A stretch of 24,552 nt of DNA from a virus (taxonomy: Duplodnaviria; Caudoviricetes): positions 1-24,552 of the IMG/VR virus record IMGVR_UViG_3300032125_000017; one strand, given 5' to 3'. The notes beneath the pieces are model-generated. The model made no database searches, was not told the DNA's origin, and saw only the letters and a list, made by a program, of their open reading frames with translations. Positions 24,218 through 24,552 of the stretch are shown one piece after another (within the stretch, counting starts at the first letter, position 1; each line of letters begins with the position of its first letter). The position numbers were made by a program, and so were the translations under genes.

Positions 24218-24550
24218 TTAGATTGGCATTCCTAATTTGTTAGCTATTTGTTCGAAAACTACATTGCGAATCTTTCTGCAATAACTTTCGGAAAAGCTTG
24301 TTTCTAATGCAACTCCTGCCCATGTATACTTTCTAGGACTATCAATGTAATAACATTGAATGACCATTCTAGCATTAAGTTCTAAGCTATCTAAAACTTC
24401 ATCCACTACATCTTTTGTGCGATTTAAGTTACTTATCAACATGTCATCCATAATCGTGACAGCAAGTCTTTCAGTGGGGTTTGAGATAGTGCCTGCAGAT
24501 GAACCGCCTATGTTGTCGTCTGGAATGCTAACTGGGTAAGTAATTTCTTC
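24218..24550 (-). CDS. RinA/ArpU-family late transcriptional activator (5' end outside the window)
   Basis: Frame extends to the window edge: EEITYP...DDNIGG...ISNPTERLAV; C-terminal HTH TWAGVALETSFSESYCRKIR. Confidence 0.88.
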   Translation of the reverse strand, partial: EEITYPVSIPDDNIGGSSAGTISNPTERLAVTIMDDMLISNLNRTKDVVDEVLDSLELNARMVIQCYYIDSPRKYTWAGVALETSFSESYCRKIRNVVFEQIANKLGMPI

Positions 24551-24552
24551 AA

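Larger units (their letters stand above)
1..24552. mobile_element. Temperate siphovirus genome segment (SPP1-like head, non-contractile tail, serine integrase), circular/excised configuration
   Basis: Continuous run of phage immunity, integration, lysis, tail, head and packaging genes. Integrase is followed by an attP-like repeat and the lysis module, with no host genes. Confidence 0.95.

Overview
The whole window is part of a temperate siphovirus of a low-GC Gram-positive host (Bacilli; the host group is inferred from composition and gene content only). It reads as the circular or excised form, because an intact attP-like inverted repeat follows the integrase and leads into phage accessory and lysis genes with no host DNA between. 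Left to right: early genes (Rha antirepressor, Cro), a cro/cI switch with four 17-bp operators, a LexA-like CI, a membrane protein, a large serine integrase with a structured leader, attP, an accessory region, and then the late operon on the minus strand (GH73-LysM lysin, holin, minimal tail tip, Dit, 707-aa tape measure, frameshifted tail chaperone, tail and head-completion genes, major capsid, scaffold, minor capsid, SPP1-like portal, terminases, partial RinA/ArpU activator). The most interesting unexplained items are: (1) an antisense 100-aa gene with its own promoter and terminator, paired with an overlapping unannotated 59-aa late gene inside the tail module, matching the Tab/anti-Tab defence architecture; (2) two related ~60-nt sRNA cassettes sharing a 19/21-bp promoter and 5' motif that bracket the accessory genes, one carrying an SOS box and lying upstream of a 295-aa unknown gene; (3) a small-gene cluster between minor capsid and scaffold that may be anti-defence; and (4) a perfect 21-bp direct repeat bracketing the tail hub gene. 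All family names come from motif recognition; no searches were run.
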